A stretch of DNA of 64,000 nt. It comes from Bugula neritina (Eukaryota; Animalia; Bryozoa). The DNA is taken from positions 13,401,675 through 13,465,674 of the forward strand of contig OZ037768.1 in assembly GCA_964035545.1 (NCBI GenBank). Reading direction: 5' to 3'. Of this stretch, positions 13,749 to 27,420 are shown one piece after another. The notes beneath the pieces were generated by a model. It saw only the letters and a list, made by a program, of their open reading frames with translations, was not told the DNA's origin and searched no databases. The first letter of the stretch is position 1. Every line of letters begins with the position of its first letter. The translations under genes were made by a program, and so were the position numbers.

Positions 13749-16700
13749 GACAAGTTCATTATACACATATACAAGGAAATCATGTGGTCTAGGGGTAGAG
13801 CGTTTGCTTTGTAAGCACAAAGTCTTGGGTTCGAGCCCAACAAAGGCCACTGCTGATGTTTGGAAGTGCATTCAGTCATAGTTGCTCCTGTGCCCCATCT
13901 GAATAAGTCCTTAGCCTGATTTAACAAAAAAAAACCTTTTCATCAGGAGCTTTCTCACAGGAATGGTGACTATAAACTTGCGTGAGTACCATTACCATAC
14001 AAGGAAATCACAAGCACCAAACTAACATTTCCAAGTAAAAAGTCATGGTACATGATTGAGCTACTACAGGTAAGCTTTTGACTGCTAACTATACACGCAG
14101 AATATGTATATATTTATAGTCATCAGTTTAACTCTTTGCTGCACAGTTACTTGGACTAAAAGTTGTACGAACATCTGCAGAATTTATTCCAAGCAACATG
14201 TATTAGAAAACACGAAACCTGTAAGAGAGAAAGTCAAGTCATACTTAGCAATGCTATCAACACTACACAAGTTAGTTTCATAGACTTACTTTCAACAACT
14301 CTTTCTCCGGAGTCTTTTTAGCTGAAGTCCTCTTGTCTATGATGAGAGAATGCAGTCTCTCAGCCTCTTCTGTGCTATTGAACGACTTTAGTTTGTACTG
14401 CAAAAATAGAATACAAGGTAAAGATACATAAAAAGGGTCCCAACTACACATCAACTAACTGCTGTTGCAGAAATTATACATGCACTAGAGTTTAATAGCC
14501 GATATATTTCTCCTCATAGCTGTTTATCCAGAGTTGAATAAAACTTTGAATTATCTAGCCATGATTTCTCTGATGAAAGGGGATTATTAAAATATATATC
14601 ACATTATATCAAGTGACACTTAAACATTCACAGAACAAAGTCATTAAAATAATATAATCCCTCATTTAACCAGAGTATATGTCTCAACTGCGGGTGTGCT
14701 ATGAAGACAGCCTACCTTCTGCTCCTCTAGCCTTCGGTCTGCCAGGGTTCTTGTAGCTTTTTCTACAGCCAACTCGATCTGTAAGGTGTACAGGGGAACA
14801 TCAATCATTACAATTTAGTAGTTAATCATTATTATAATCATAGCTTATAATAACAATACAATATACTCCACCAGGCATGACCTTGCACTACATACCCATT
14901 TCACACTAGACTAACTAGTAGGGTTTGCTAGTAGCAACTACTACTAAATACTAGTACATGTAGGTGGAATATTATAGTCACACTGTATACTGTACACAGT
15001 CTACACACTATAATATATGTTTACTAGTAGGTGGAATACTATAGCTACACTGTAAACACTATAATATAGGTTTAGTAGTAGGTGGAATATTATAGTTACA
15101 CTGTATACTGTATATACTAAGATAAGTGTGTATAATGAGCTTTGGTAGAAGCACAAACTAACTTACTAGATATAAACACAGATAAAACAAACCACATAAT
15201 AGAAGATGGACATGCATTTGTATATATCTACAATAATCTGTGATGCCTGTAGTGGAAGACCAGTTAACATGTGGGAACATAACTGTTTATATATAAGAAA
15301 GGTAAATGAAAGAATTGGAAATTTCACATCCCGTATGGTAGCTAAAGCAGTGTATTTATAGCAGCAAATTCTATGGATGACAACCTTTTATATGCAAGAT
15401 GTAGGTAGAGTGTTTCATGTTTATTCAATTATAAGTATTTAAAGACATTGTGATTCAACCACTGCATGCAGCTGTACCTTAAAATAACATACAACAGTAT
15501 AAAACACACTGCAGCTAATTTAAAGTGACAGCCTGCCTGCATAAAATGGACCATGTCATGTCACAGACATCCTTTGACAGCAAATTAATTAAATTCATCT
15601 ACTCAACATATAAAAGGTCTAAATGCCTAATATACTTCTTATTCCACAGTATATAGTTGAACAGTACAGTATATAGTTGAACAGTACAGTATAGTAATTG
15701 AACATCTTTTCACTAATTGTGGCAGCATCTGATTAGCAGTGTTATGACATCCCTCCCTGCTGCTCTACTATTCCTATAAAGTGCTCCCTCTATATCTCAC
15801 GGTTTCATTTCTCACTAAATTCCACAGGTTACAAGAAGGGCTTGCATTCCCTTCCCCTTTATATGTGTATAGGGACAAAATGGCCAAATTTAACCAATTT
15901 GTGAGGTAAATCTAGTATCCTACTATGTAGCAAATAGAGGCTTCGACCCTTAGTGAGATACGGAGGGAGCTCTGTACTACAACTCTAGCATAGGCAGCAG
16001 TCAAGATTCATTCTATCAATGTTGATCCACATTTAGCTGTTCTTCATATTTTTACAGAAACACCCAATGTGCGCAGTTACAGTAACCAACTGTAGGTCAT
16101 ATTGTAAACTCACCGGCTTTTTCACCTTGATGTGATTTTCACACATATTCCTCAGAGGCTTGCATATGTCTTCCATCAAACTTTCACCTATTTTTCTGCA
16201 AAAAGTATTTGAAGCTGGTGTAAGATGGTGGTATACAAATATATACTTACTTAAAACTGTTGGGATAACAAGACCATACTGAATAACAGGCAAGAGAGTA
16301 AATAAACAAGAAATATCTTATCTAAAGAGTTACCAAATAGTCACATTATCTTTATAATGAAATAATCATATTGTAAATAATTTAACCTGTGGAGTGCCAA
16401 GTCACAAATGTAAGATTAAAGTCATGATTAATATTGAAATATCTCAGGAATACAGCATGTTGACTGAAGCAAATCATCAAGAGACTTAACATATTAATTA
16501 TAGATGTGCTAATATGACCCTAAGGTAGCCTACACTGCAGTATATTTCAAAGTGGTAAGATAACATCTTTACTCTGACCCAGTGAAACACCAACACTGCT
16601 AACACTACAGTTTCCATAACGAAATATGAAATAAGCGAAAACTGCTACTACACCAGTGTATCACATGATATATAAGCTATTATGACTATTACTTATAACT

Positions 16701-19700
16701 ATTACTCATGACTATTACTTATGACTTTTAGTTATGGCTATTACTTATTACTATTACCTTTGACTATTACTTACAACTACTACCTTTGACTATTACTTAT
16801 AACTACTACTTAAAACTATTACTCACTGATGGGTTTCAGATTCTGAGTTCATCTCCTCACCCACCGTTTCCCATGCTGCCGCAGTAGTCCTACAGAACAC
16901 ACGCAGCACAGGTATGTTACATGTGAACAAACAGAAGGTCAGCTAAGGCATGTTTACACAAACTTCATAGCAGCTACTAGTTTTGTATAACAAACTATAA
17001 ATAATTGACGTCATCAACTGTTAAACACATACTCTATCAGTAATCATTGACTGCAGATTTGATGCTGAAACCTTAATTTATTTATTCTGATGACTAGAAA
17101 TGCTAATCTCAAATAAAGTGAAACATTTTCTAATCTATAGGCTTGTAATACACAGTGTTTCACATATTTCTCTTGGCTAGGTAATCATAATATTATACAA
17201 GAGGTGATCAAATCTGAGGCAGCATAACAAATATTAGGTCAGTGAATAACTAATCTGTATTTCAAGAGACAAGCAGTGTTACTTGAACTTTGAAGCTGTG
17301 CCAAGCTGATTTGTATCTATGAGCCACACCATGTCTATATTGTGTTCAGTTAGATCCACAAAATGCAATATAAAAAAACTGGTGTTTATACGTACTTTTC
17401 TCACACAAATTAATCACGAGTAGCCATAATTTTCTTACCCTTGGCGAGTTGAACAAGCTTTAATTAGTCTAGAACTTAGTTTCTGTAAGCTTTTAGCATA
17501 ACTAATTTCTAGTGCAGCTCTACAAAACATGCAATGGTAAGATAAAGTATAAAGAAAGTACACAACATTCACTAAAACTCTGATAGCAGACATATTGATA
17601 GTAACCTGACTTATATAACTGATAGTAACTGTAGGCTACTACAGTAGAGAGTGCCATATTACAGAATATCTGATGCCCTTAGTGATGTAACCAACTCACC
17701 TGTCTGCTATAATTGATGCAATTTCTCTGCTGACATCAGATCCTGTCTTCAGTACCTGCCGAAGCTCATCAAAGCCTTCAATGCCCTGTATAACATTATA
17801 TAAAACATAAGAAGAGTGTCATCTACATACCAGAAAGTACTCTTAATTTTCTAGAAAATGGCAAGGGTCTGATTATTATTCTTTTACAAGGAGAAAATCC
17901 AATATAACTTCTGTAAAATTGTCGAGAATCTACTGAAATTAATTACCAAATGTTTAATACATGAGACAGAGTCTAGTCTCAGGGGGGATAATCTCAGTGA
18001 AGACATAAGATGAGCTCTAACAACACTATGGGTTGGAGTATATAAAATGCTGGGTTACTGGAGTGACAGTAGATCAATCAAGTGTAACTTGACCTGTCAC
18101 TCCTACTAAATAATCACCTTCCTTAGGATAGCAGAAATATACCAAGTGAGTGCAGAGGCCATAGATGAGCTGTGTTAAAGTAGGGGAGGAAATAACAGAG
18201 ACATTTTTGCTAAAAATTATTCATGTACTAAATGGTATTTGTCTTGCTATCCCAGAACTGTATCGACTAGTTTTGAGAACATGTACAAAACAGATGCATA
18301 GGAAGTGTCTATTACTGTAGAGAGTGAATAAATCTGTAAATAAGAAAGTAAACGGTAGAAAGATATTGGGGAAACATGGTGGGTTTTTGTTTTAGTCATG
18401 CAAGAATAATCATGCTGGTAATGAACAATATCTTCTTTGTTATGTTGTTCATGGTCAAGTATAATACAACTGGATAGTGTTCTAAGTTGCTATTCCATAA
18501 TTACTTGTTTGATATTACTACAATGCAGCCAATATGTAACAAAACAGAACAATTCATTGTTGATTCATGTTTATATCAACTAGTTCCTTAGCCAAAGGCA
18601 TACCTAACATGGTGCACACTGACCCAGCAAACTGCAAAACTAATATCCAAGTTACTGAAAATGTAGGACTGGCTAGTTCACCCAGAATGGTTCAAAACGA
18701 TTATTCAAAAATCTAGAAATAAATGTCTATAAAATGTTACTAATTTTATATAGAAATTTACCTTCAGAGTATAACATATAAATATATATCCAACTATAAA
18801 CATAAAAGTGAGAAAATACCACCAGCATAAACACAAATACAGCAAAGCAGCCTGCCTCTGATGCTAATATTAATGACCCAACGAGTGTAAAGTAATATGG
18901 GCATTGCACCTGTTATCAAGGTAGATTTCTGAGTTTACATTTTTTAGTTTTATTTCAGTTTAACTTCACAACTATATTTCAGATAATGTGTAACCTTAGT
19001 GTTGCTAATACTATATAATATAATGAGCATGAAAGAGCTGCTAAAGACCACACATAGGCTCAGTTACCCAACAAGTCAGTAAATTAGTATAATTTGCAGA
19101 GTTGCCAAAACAAACAAGTTTTAGTGTTAAAAGTTTACAAAGGCAGTTTACTATTGCTGAGACTACCAATTCAGCTACTCTATACAATTATTATAATCAT
19201 TAAATTGCACTTTATACAGCGGAAATATTTACATAGTTTCTGGAAGTATTGGAATACATCAGTAGTAATAGCTGTAGTAGTAATAGTAGTAACAGCAATA
19301 ACTGTAGTAGTAATAGTAGTAATAGCTGTAGTAGTAATAGTAGTAACAGCAATAACTGTAGTAGGAATAGTAGTAATAGCTGAGCAATAATAGCGGGTAA
19401 TATAGCTGTATTAGTAATATTAGTAATAGATGTAGTAGGAAAAGTAATAGCTGTAACAGTAGTAGTAGTAGTAGTAATAGCTGTAACAGTAGTAGTAGTA
19501 GCAGTAGTAGTAGTAGTAGTAGCTATAGAAGTAATAGTAGTAATAGCCGTGGTAATCATTAAGCTGGTAGTAATGTTATCAGACCTAGCAACACACATTT
19601 AGTAATCATACTAGGCAGCTTGGTAGCTGATTGGTGGCCACAGCCACACCAGAAGTAGTGAGACAGAGAGGAAAACAAAGGGTGAACATATTCAGCTGTA

Positions 19701-20680
19701 ACCTGAAGGTAGCTGAGGTCAACAGAACTTAATAACTAGTGACAACTCAATATTACAGGTTACCTACGATTCCCTGGACATAATTACAGTTTATAAACTG
19801 GGGAACTTGCAGTGTAGCCCTCAACAACTAAGTATAGTCATAACTATAATCTTATTTAATACTGCTGTTAGATAAAAATTTGTGCCAGATTGGAGTAAAT
19901 AAAAAAACTTTAAAAATGTGAGCATAATTATAGTATAGTAAGAAACTAAAGTTTATTGCATTTGTTTCCCCAGATAAAAGCTCTTTCCTCAGTAAGTTCC
20001 TTCCCTTCTTGCACTTCAACTTACACTGATAAGCTTATAGTAATTGCTGAGTTAGTAACCATCAACTATCCTGTCTATTCTACTCAACTACATAACCTCG
20101 CTATAAAGTATAGAGTACATTGATTTCCTACCATTGCCAAAGTAGAATAAAATGATGAGAGATCAATATTTCACAATCAATTTAATAACTCCTAATCAAA
20201 AGCTGGAATAGAGATAGACATGTGTTTGTGACGTTTAATATATAACCTTTATCTATACTATAGCTAGCCAGTGGTTGTTGGAAGAATGACGAACAGAATC
20301 ACTAGTAAATACCACAGTGATATGTATGTACCAGCAGAAGTTGAGAATGTTTCCATGTAATATTTGAACCTTGTAGTTTCATAACTTTGGGAATTAGTTT
20401 CCTCATCAGCATGTAGCATTGCATAACAAATCAACATCTACCCTAGAAGACATTTATAAACCCAACATACATCAAGAAGCTGTGATCTCCTGTTACTTTG
20501 ATAGGTTAGATCAGGATGACTAGAAGATGTAGAGGCAGAATTACTAGGCGCCCCGCTGACATGGTACGTCCTTCTGCGATTACGGCTCCTGCTACGATCC
20601 CGAAATGATCCAATACCAGCCGATACATACCGCCTTATCCTCATAGACATAATGTGTGTGTCCACCAAAGCATTCGGCAT
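8592..20680 (-). CDS. NOSTRIN: Nostrin-like F-BAR / HR1 / SH3 protein, 15 coding exons, about 597 aa
   Basis: Exons 20680-20471, 17785-17700 (GIEGFDELRQVLKTGSDVSREIASIIADR), 17519-17439 (AALEISYAKSLQKLS, F-BAR), 16889-16827, 16195-16114, 14778-14716, 14397-14290, 13591-13475, 13153-13046 (LQQLEEERL), 12022-11903, 11694-11497 (HR1-like DIEIERKGVDGVQKLMDIYKNQPDY), 11078-10947, 9799-9682, 9535-9335 (SH3 CRVLYDFSGTQSTELTVKEG), 8698-8592 (DDGWWKAEIRGCTGLIPETYVEEIS*). All phases consistent; first exon least certain. Confidence 0.87.
12361..13054. repeat. 20-bp minisatellite (CTTACATTAGACATACACTA)x~35 spanning a nostrin exon/intron donor junction
   Basis: On the minus strand the unit is ATGTCTAAT|GTAAGTAGTGT: the last 9 coding nt of exon 13153-13046 plus its splice donor. 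Confidence 0.95.
13671..13743. repeat. (AT)n microsatellite
   Basis: Pure AT dinucleotide run. Confidence 0.97.
13783..13996 (+). mobile_element. tRNA-derived SINE with 14-bp target-site duplication
   Basis: A box TGGTCTAGGGG, anticodon-like arm TTTGC-TTTGTAA-GCACA, B box GGTTCGAGCCC (13828-13838), non-tRNA body, short (TACCAT) tail; ATACAAGGAAATCA duplicated at 13769-13782 and 13997-14010. Confidence 0.88.
14940..15120. repeat. Degenerate tandem repeat, about 3 copies of TAGTAGGTGGAATATTATAGTTACACTGTA..
   Basis: GTAGGTGGAATA(T/C)TATAG recurs three times at about 50-65 bp spacing. Confidence 0.75.
16680..16826. repeat. 13-bp minisatellite (minus TAAGTAATAGTCA)x~11 starting at a nostrin splice donor
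   Basis: The first unit is the donor itself (GTGAGTAATAGTTT) right after exon 16889-16827. Confidence 0.85.
18682..18712 (-). CDS. Probable alternative 31-nt nostrin microexon (FLNNRFEPFW)
   Basis: TTTCTAG|ATTTTTGAATAATCGTTTTGAACCATTCTGG|GTGAAC; joins in frame to GIEGFDEL to give the F-BAR N-terminal F..FWG..GF motif. Confidence 0.55.
19259..19575. repeat. Degenerate (GTA/TAG)n trinucleotide repeat
   Basis: Visible GTAGTAATA(GCT) arrays; explains poly-T/L/V ORFs. Confidence 0.9.
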
Positions 20681-23600
20681 TCGGCAAAAGTGATTATTCG
20701 AAATGAGCTCTAATATATTTTAAGTTAAGAATTACTCCTGAATACTTCAAGCTGTAGAGTTGAATCTATAGCTTACAAAATAAAGCTACAACTAAACTCT
20801 TCAGTGTAATTAAGCAGCGCAACTAGCTACTATGAATGAAGGTACCTTATCCTAATACAATACGCTTGAACTAGTACAGCCAATCAGAGAAGAGCAGGGG
20901 AAAGTAGACAACTTCTCAAAAGAAACCCAGCTTGTACAGTTGTGCAACTATTAGATAATTAGAAGAACCCGGAATCTAACGAAGTGTGGAGTCATTAGTA
21001 GTAACTGAATGAATACAAGAGTTGGGAAAAGCAAAACTTTGCGTTGCAGCATGACAAGCAGCTGTGAGTATGAACTATTGCAAAAGTATATATAGTTAAA
21101 TAAATAATCCATAACTTTTATTAAAGGCACTAAGAAAACTACATAACGTTACGATGTAATTTAAAAAAATAATCACATGAACTATTTGTTTAGATGCTTT
21201 ACAGTGAGTTTATGGTGCCCACAACCAACTGGCATCAATTAAATATACTCTTGCTGGGTAACGTAGTGGAATTAAAACTACTTCTTACGATGTAAGTTTT
21301 GTTCAGGCTAATTTAGTTGAGCTTGCTTCCTTATAAATTACTGATAGCCTTAAACCTACTGGTAGCAAGTAGCAACACTTATAATCTTTTAACCTGCAAC
21401 CTGCCATTAAGTAATTATAGAATATAATTATCAGAGAGAATAACAAGTTTATGTATCAATTACTTATAATATTTTCAGTGAGATTTACATTTGTAGGCTT
21501 ATCAGAAGGCAGTTGAAAAATTATAGTATATCTATGGAAGAATAATTATTAAGCAATTTCAAATAGAAGATTAGGCCATTTTTCAAGTTTACTTATTTTT
21601 TAGAGTTATTATGCTTTTGCTAAAAAACAAACTTTTCAGCCAAAAAGTAATTTGGCTTGCGTAAAATTGTATCAATTTTTCTTGAATTATCAGCTGTCAA
21701 ACATTAGTGTTATCGGATCATTATGCAGTTTTGTGATCACTTTATCAGTATACTTTATAGTCAACAGGATTAAGTAATTCTTTCAGTTTTCCTACTTCCT
21801 GTATTCTATATATAAATATAAAGTTTCAGCATTTGAATAAATGTTTCAAATATCCTAATTCTATATTAGTTATGGTAAGTTTATTGGTTTTATGTAACAG
21901 ACTTTGCATGTACACTCCCCTTTCAAGGAACATCATGTATCTATGATTTCAAAGAGCTTTCACTGGGTTGCCACATAAACCAAACACATAGCTTTACAAA
22001 TCATATAGAGTTCTGTAAAGGCTGGGTTTCACTTTACTCAACATATTCTATTCACAAGTAATTTCTACTTACGTTCAACCCTATAACATAAATCATATTA
22101 ATTACAATAGCTAAAATAGTCATTCATCAACAGGGAATAACTATATTATTGCTAAAACACCATAGCAGTAACGTAGTCACGGTCAACTTTAAACATGGTC
22201 AATAAAACTGACAAAAAAAAAAAAAATTAAATTAGAAGAAAGTAACTCCAAATACAATGCAACAACCTTGAAAGAGAGCATAACTACCACACAAATTCAT
22301 CATTACAGCTACATAGCATATATTATGTGTATGAGAAGTCTTAAACGAAAGAAAATTAACAGATTTACTAATAAATATAAGAGTTTTATGCGAATATTTC
22401 ATAGAAGAGCCAAAACAGCTATACTATAGAAATGTTATTAAAAAACCTTAGTAAGTTATAGCCAGTACATTTCAGGTCAACAATAAACACGAAAACCTTG
22501 ATGTATAAAGACTTACAAAGCATGATAGTCTGGAACCCAAGCTAGTAATGTGTAATAGTGTGAATGCTTCATAAAATTTTAAAGTCAAGTTGAAAAGGCT
22601 GCTACGTGATGGTCTTTGCCGTATTGATTGCTGCATATATAAATTTTTAAAACAAAAGTATGTGCATAAATCTATGAATAAATACATGACTTTGACATTA
22701 GAATAATACCGGAGAGACTATTGCAGACTATTATATTACCAGAAGTCGATTAAAATAATATTAATGTGGCTGTATAATAGCTCAAGGACTGCTTTGAGAG
22801 AGTTTTAATAAGATTAGATAGTAGGTTATATTAGAAAGGTTTTATAGCATTATAGCATTGAAAGGCTAAAAAGGAATGAAAAGTTCAGTAATAATTTTTA
22901 TACCTTAGGATCTGGCTCTTAAAACTTTCCTATCTCTTAAAAGCCCTACTCCAAGGGTAATATTTCACTCAACAATACAACTTTGCAAAACATGTCAACA
23001 TATTTCACTCCACTTCAGTGATGATTAGAACTACAGAGTTTTAACATACATTAATAGGTCATAGAGACAATGGTACAGCGTATTCACAATGATGCACACA
23101 TAGCTGCATGTATTCCACAATACGTGCATTGCTGTAAGTAACAATACTGCCTTATTAAACAGTTCGTGACTAGAGTGGAGTGAGATCTAACAAGGCTCAT
23201 CTCACAACGTATCCTGCCTAGGGCAAGTCTGGTGACAGTAAATAAGTGTGCATTCTTATAGACACAGGGTTGGCACGGCAATAAGAGGTTTAAACCCTAC
23301 TAATGATGCAAGTAAATTTATCTCAACACTTTCATGAGGCGCACAAATGATAGGCTCAGTTTTCTTCAAGTTTTTGTTTGATAACATCTAACCAATCACA
23401 CATGTGAGAAAAATCACTTGGGTAAGCTGCAGGTCAACAGCATTTTGAAACTTGTTTTTAGAAACCAAAACAGAGTGAACACACTTCTACATTAACAACA
23501 GCTTTTTTAATTATAACCACTCAAAGGCATTACAGTATAATTAACACAAATATTTATTACAATTTTGAAATGATACCCCACAATTTGAATAACAAGGTCA

Positions 23601-24218
23601 CCAAGTCAAAAGCTTGAATAAACTCATTAGCAAGACCATGCTAAACTCACATATAATAATACTATATTGCTATGGATTAGATATTCAGCAGATAAAATGT
23701 TAGTTGTGTGCCACTGAGAGTTGGGGGTAACTGGTGACCTAATAAGGCGTATAGTGATTCACACTATCAAATAATAAATAGCACCACCACAGTTGATAAC
23801 TGTAATATTTCATCACTAGTTTATAACTGCATGATTCGGAGTCAAAGGGTGAAAATCTAATATACCTAGAAATTCTAAAGGAGTTTAAAACTTAAAAATA
23901 TTTAGTGAACTATTTTAAACTTTTAGTAACTTATATATAGTATGTGCAAAAAGTTTTTAAATTAATAGTTCAAACCAGTGCTGTTAAAGCATCCGAATAA
24001 AGTTGCGGTTTGATTTGTAATGAATAAATTACACAATTCAAAAGCAGCAGAACTGGGTTATACATTTCAAATCAGTATACAAATTCATGGCAGTAGATTC
24101 TTTCAGAATTGATCATTTAAATGAGCGCAAAAGTGAGACTTCAGTGTTGACAATGTTTTTTATTTGAGTTACAAGTTACAACTACACTCTTCTAGTGCAT
24201 TCAATTGAAATAATTTAC

Positions 24219-24290
24219 AATAATAAAAATGGAGAAATTGAGAAGAGCCTGTGTTCTAGATTAGAAATGCAACAAAAGAAGTTATGTCCT
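24219..24290 (+). mobile_element. Partial copy 2 of the ~160-bp MITE-like family
   Basis: GGAGAAATTGAGAAGAGCCTGTGTTCTAGATTAGAAATGCAACAAAAGAAGTTATGT matches about 1418-1476. Confidence 0.7.
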
Positions 24291-25510
24291 AAATCAATGA
24301 TGAATTCATATGTTACCAAGCATAGAGTTTGTCAACTTGTGCTTCAATGTATCTTTCACTGATCTAGTATAAACGCACTGTGTAGTGTGTAGTTCAAGTC
24401 AAGATGTATTACGTAACTATATTACTAATCTGTTTGCAGTTTCGATGCAATAAACTGTTACAGTTTATAAGCAGCTACTAGCTACAGCATATCACAACTG
24501 AATGTGTTAACATATTATTATACAGCAGCCATGTTTCCATTTGTGATAAGCTGCCAGAGGTTGCTGTAGAATTTAGATGATGAAAAAACCACCTAACTTA
24601 ATATAATGTAGCAGCACATATGAGCTTACCAACTTCGAAGCATGATAAAATTATCAATTCATATTACAGTATTAGATAACAACAAGGAAGATGTTCCAGG
24701 AAAATAATGCAGAGACTAACAATGCAAATAAGCTACTTCCTTCTATGAACAATGGTATCTTTAATAAGTAAACTTAACAGTCAACAGATAAGGTAGTTAA
24801 ATGGAAATATTTGCATTACTCCTATTGGGCTACATATAATTCACAAGGTTTTAACTTGAAGTTGATATTAGAAATATTCTCTCAACGTTACGATATCATT
24901 GCACAGAGCACTCTAAGGTCTCTTCACTACCCACAGAATGCTGATTCACTTGGATTACCAACTCCATTTAGATGTTAAAAAGCTGCAGCTTAACTGAAAT
25001 ATCTCTTGATAAAACTAATATATAGTAAACTAGCTTAGTGTTAAACTACTAGATTATAATGTCTACATTTGCAGTAGCATAATAATCCCATAGTGACTCT
25101 ATGTGACTACTTGCAGAAATATCTATGCTACATTTGCTGTAACAGCTATTATATACATTATACTCACGTAGAAATAAGTGACAAAAAGTGAAGAGCTAGT
25201 AGTCGATGGGTAACTCATCCTCTATGTCATTGATTCAGACATGTACTATCTCTTTAATCTCTGCTATGCTACAATTCATATGAGGCAATCAATCACATTC
25301 AACAATCTCTTGTTATTTAAATATTTCACAGTTGAATGGGTAAAAGGAACATTCAGTGCTAATGGCTGCAAGCTGTATTATGTATCTGTGTACAAGTTGA
25401 GCATATATCTCGTATTATATAATACTAGCAGCCCTACATTTACAGTTCAACTTTTAAAAGCAATGAATAAATGCTGTGCAGTATTTAGACGATGCTAAAA
25501 ATTTCAGTTT

Positions 25511-26011
25511 AACATACACATAGTCACATACATACACATAGTCACATACACAACACGTACACACATACACAACACGTACACACATACACAACACGTACAC
25601 ACATACACAACACGTACACACATACACAACACGTACACACATACACAACACGTACACACATACACAACACGTACACACATACACAACACGTTCACACATA
25701 CACAACACGTACACACATACACAACACGTACACACATACACAACACACACACACATACACAACACGTACACACATACACAACACGTACACACATACACAA
25801 CACGTACACACATACACAACACGTACACACATACACAACACGTACACACATACACAACACGTACACACATACACAACACGTACACACATACATACACGTA
25901 CACACATACACAACACGTACACACATACACAACACGTACACACATACACAACACGTACACACATACATACACGTACACACATACACAACACGTACACACA
26001 TACACAACACG
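25511..26011. repeat. 19-bp minisatellite (CACATACACAACACGTACA)x~25
   Basis: Directly visible; source of the Cys/Val-rich spurious ORFs. Confidence 0.95.
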
Positions 26012-26679
26012 TTCTATTTAGGCAAAATTTGTTTTTGTTCTATTTAATATAATGTACAACCACAATTACGATTTGGTGTCAACTAGTACGTGATCAAAAC
26101 AAAACTGGAAAATTAGTAAATCCCTTTAGACTTCAGTGATAATAGCATATGACTCCATTGAACAAAATGAAAAATGTTTTACAGCAATTTATTAGTATAA
26201 CGGAACACATGATTTTATGGCCAAGTATTATTGAGTAGCTCACTCAACTTTAATTTGGTTCACATAAAAGACGGTTGTTAAAAAAAGAAAAGCAATTGCT
26301 GAGAAGGCTACAAGTCTTGTTTCTCTACGCATATAACTAAGATAAATTTTATAGTGGCTGAAAGCTAAATAATATTACTAATTATTAAACTAATTACTTA
26401 ACAACTTTTACATCTGATTATTAAGGCATGCCAATTGGGGCTCACTTTTACAAATTATTTACTGTCGAGAGATGAAGCAGTTGAAATAAAAAAAACTTGG
26501 TAAACATGATTTATAAGCTAACAATTTAACAAATACTCCACACTGATAGGATTATACGGTTGAATGTAGCTCAGACCTAGTATAATCAAACTTTTAGCAT
26601 TAAATACCGAATAAAGCCAAACTGTTATTAAATTTATAGCCCATGTAGTCCACAAGCAAACCTAAATACATTAAAAGAC

Positions 26680-27420
26680 ACAACAACCCTATTAATTAGG
26701 TTTTAGTCCCAAACATTATAATGCAAAAGTCTACTAAGACAAAATTGCAAAGAAAATGCACAATAACTGTAAGAAGCCAAAAGCGTATTAAAATTAAAAT
26801 TAAAATTGAATAAAAAAGACCAAGCCTTTGAGTTTGATCGCAGAATCAAAATGAAAATGACTCTAAATCTTTGAGCTCAACTTTTAAGACTTAGTACACT
26901 TGCACTTTAGTTTTAATTTTATTATTAAAACTTGAAGGTAATTTTCTAACATAAATATATATCATCATCATAACGATAAAGTTAAACCTGCTCTCTGTGA
27001 AACAACCTCCATTCAACTTCATTCAATTTTCATTGAATTGCATTTAGTATTCACATTCAAAAGCCCTAAACTTAAAGGATAAGTCTAAAGTAAAAAAAAG
27101 AGTTAAAGTAGGCCTATTATTAAAAGTAGTACTAGCATTACTATTACTATTACTATTAGTATTAGTGTATTATTATTAGTATAACTATTATTAGTAGTAT
27201 TAGTTATAACTGATTTAGTTATTAGTTATTACCAACACTAACAGTAAGTCATTAAGTGTAACACTAGCATCAAGCATGTAACACTAAGTTAGTGACTAAC
27301 ACAGTAAGTGTAACTCAAACTGTAAGTGTAACACTAACACTAACACAGTAAAGCTAAATCAACCACAAGTACAATGTATTCAATAGCTATTAATTACCTA
27401 GTAATAAACTTTTCTAGTAG
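26680..27420. repeat. Cryptic hexamer/trimer-periodic low-complexity tract
   Basis: Drifting 6-nt period (AAAATT, TTCAAT, TAACAC, GTAAGT/GTAACA units) with no single consensus. Confidence 0.65.

Noticed and set aside
13783-13850. Functional tRNA-Thr(TGT) gene
   Set aside because: 5' acceptor strand missing, anticodon stem mismatched, followed by a SINE body and bounded by a TSD.
19094-19598. Poly-Thr/Leu/Val ORFs (mucin-like)
   Set aside because: Translation of a GTA trinucleotide repeat inside a nostrin intron.
25454-26010. Cys/Val-rich ORFs (metallothionein- or keratin-associated-like)
   Set aside because: All three frames are translations of a 19-bp minisatellite; no splice or promoter support.
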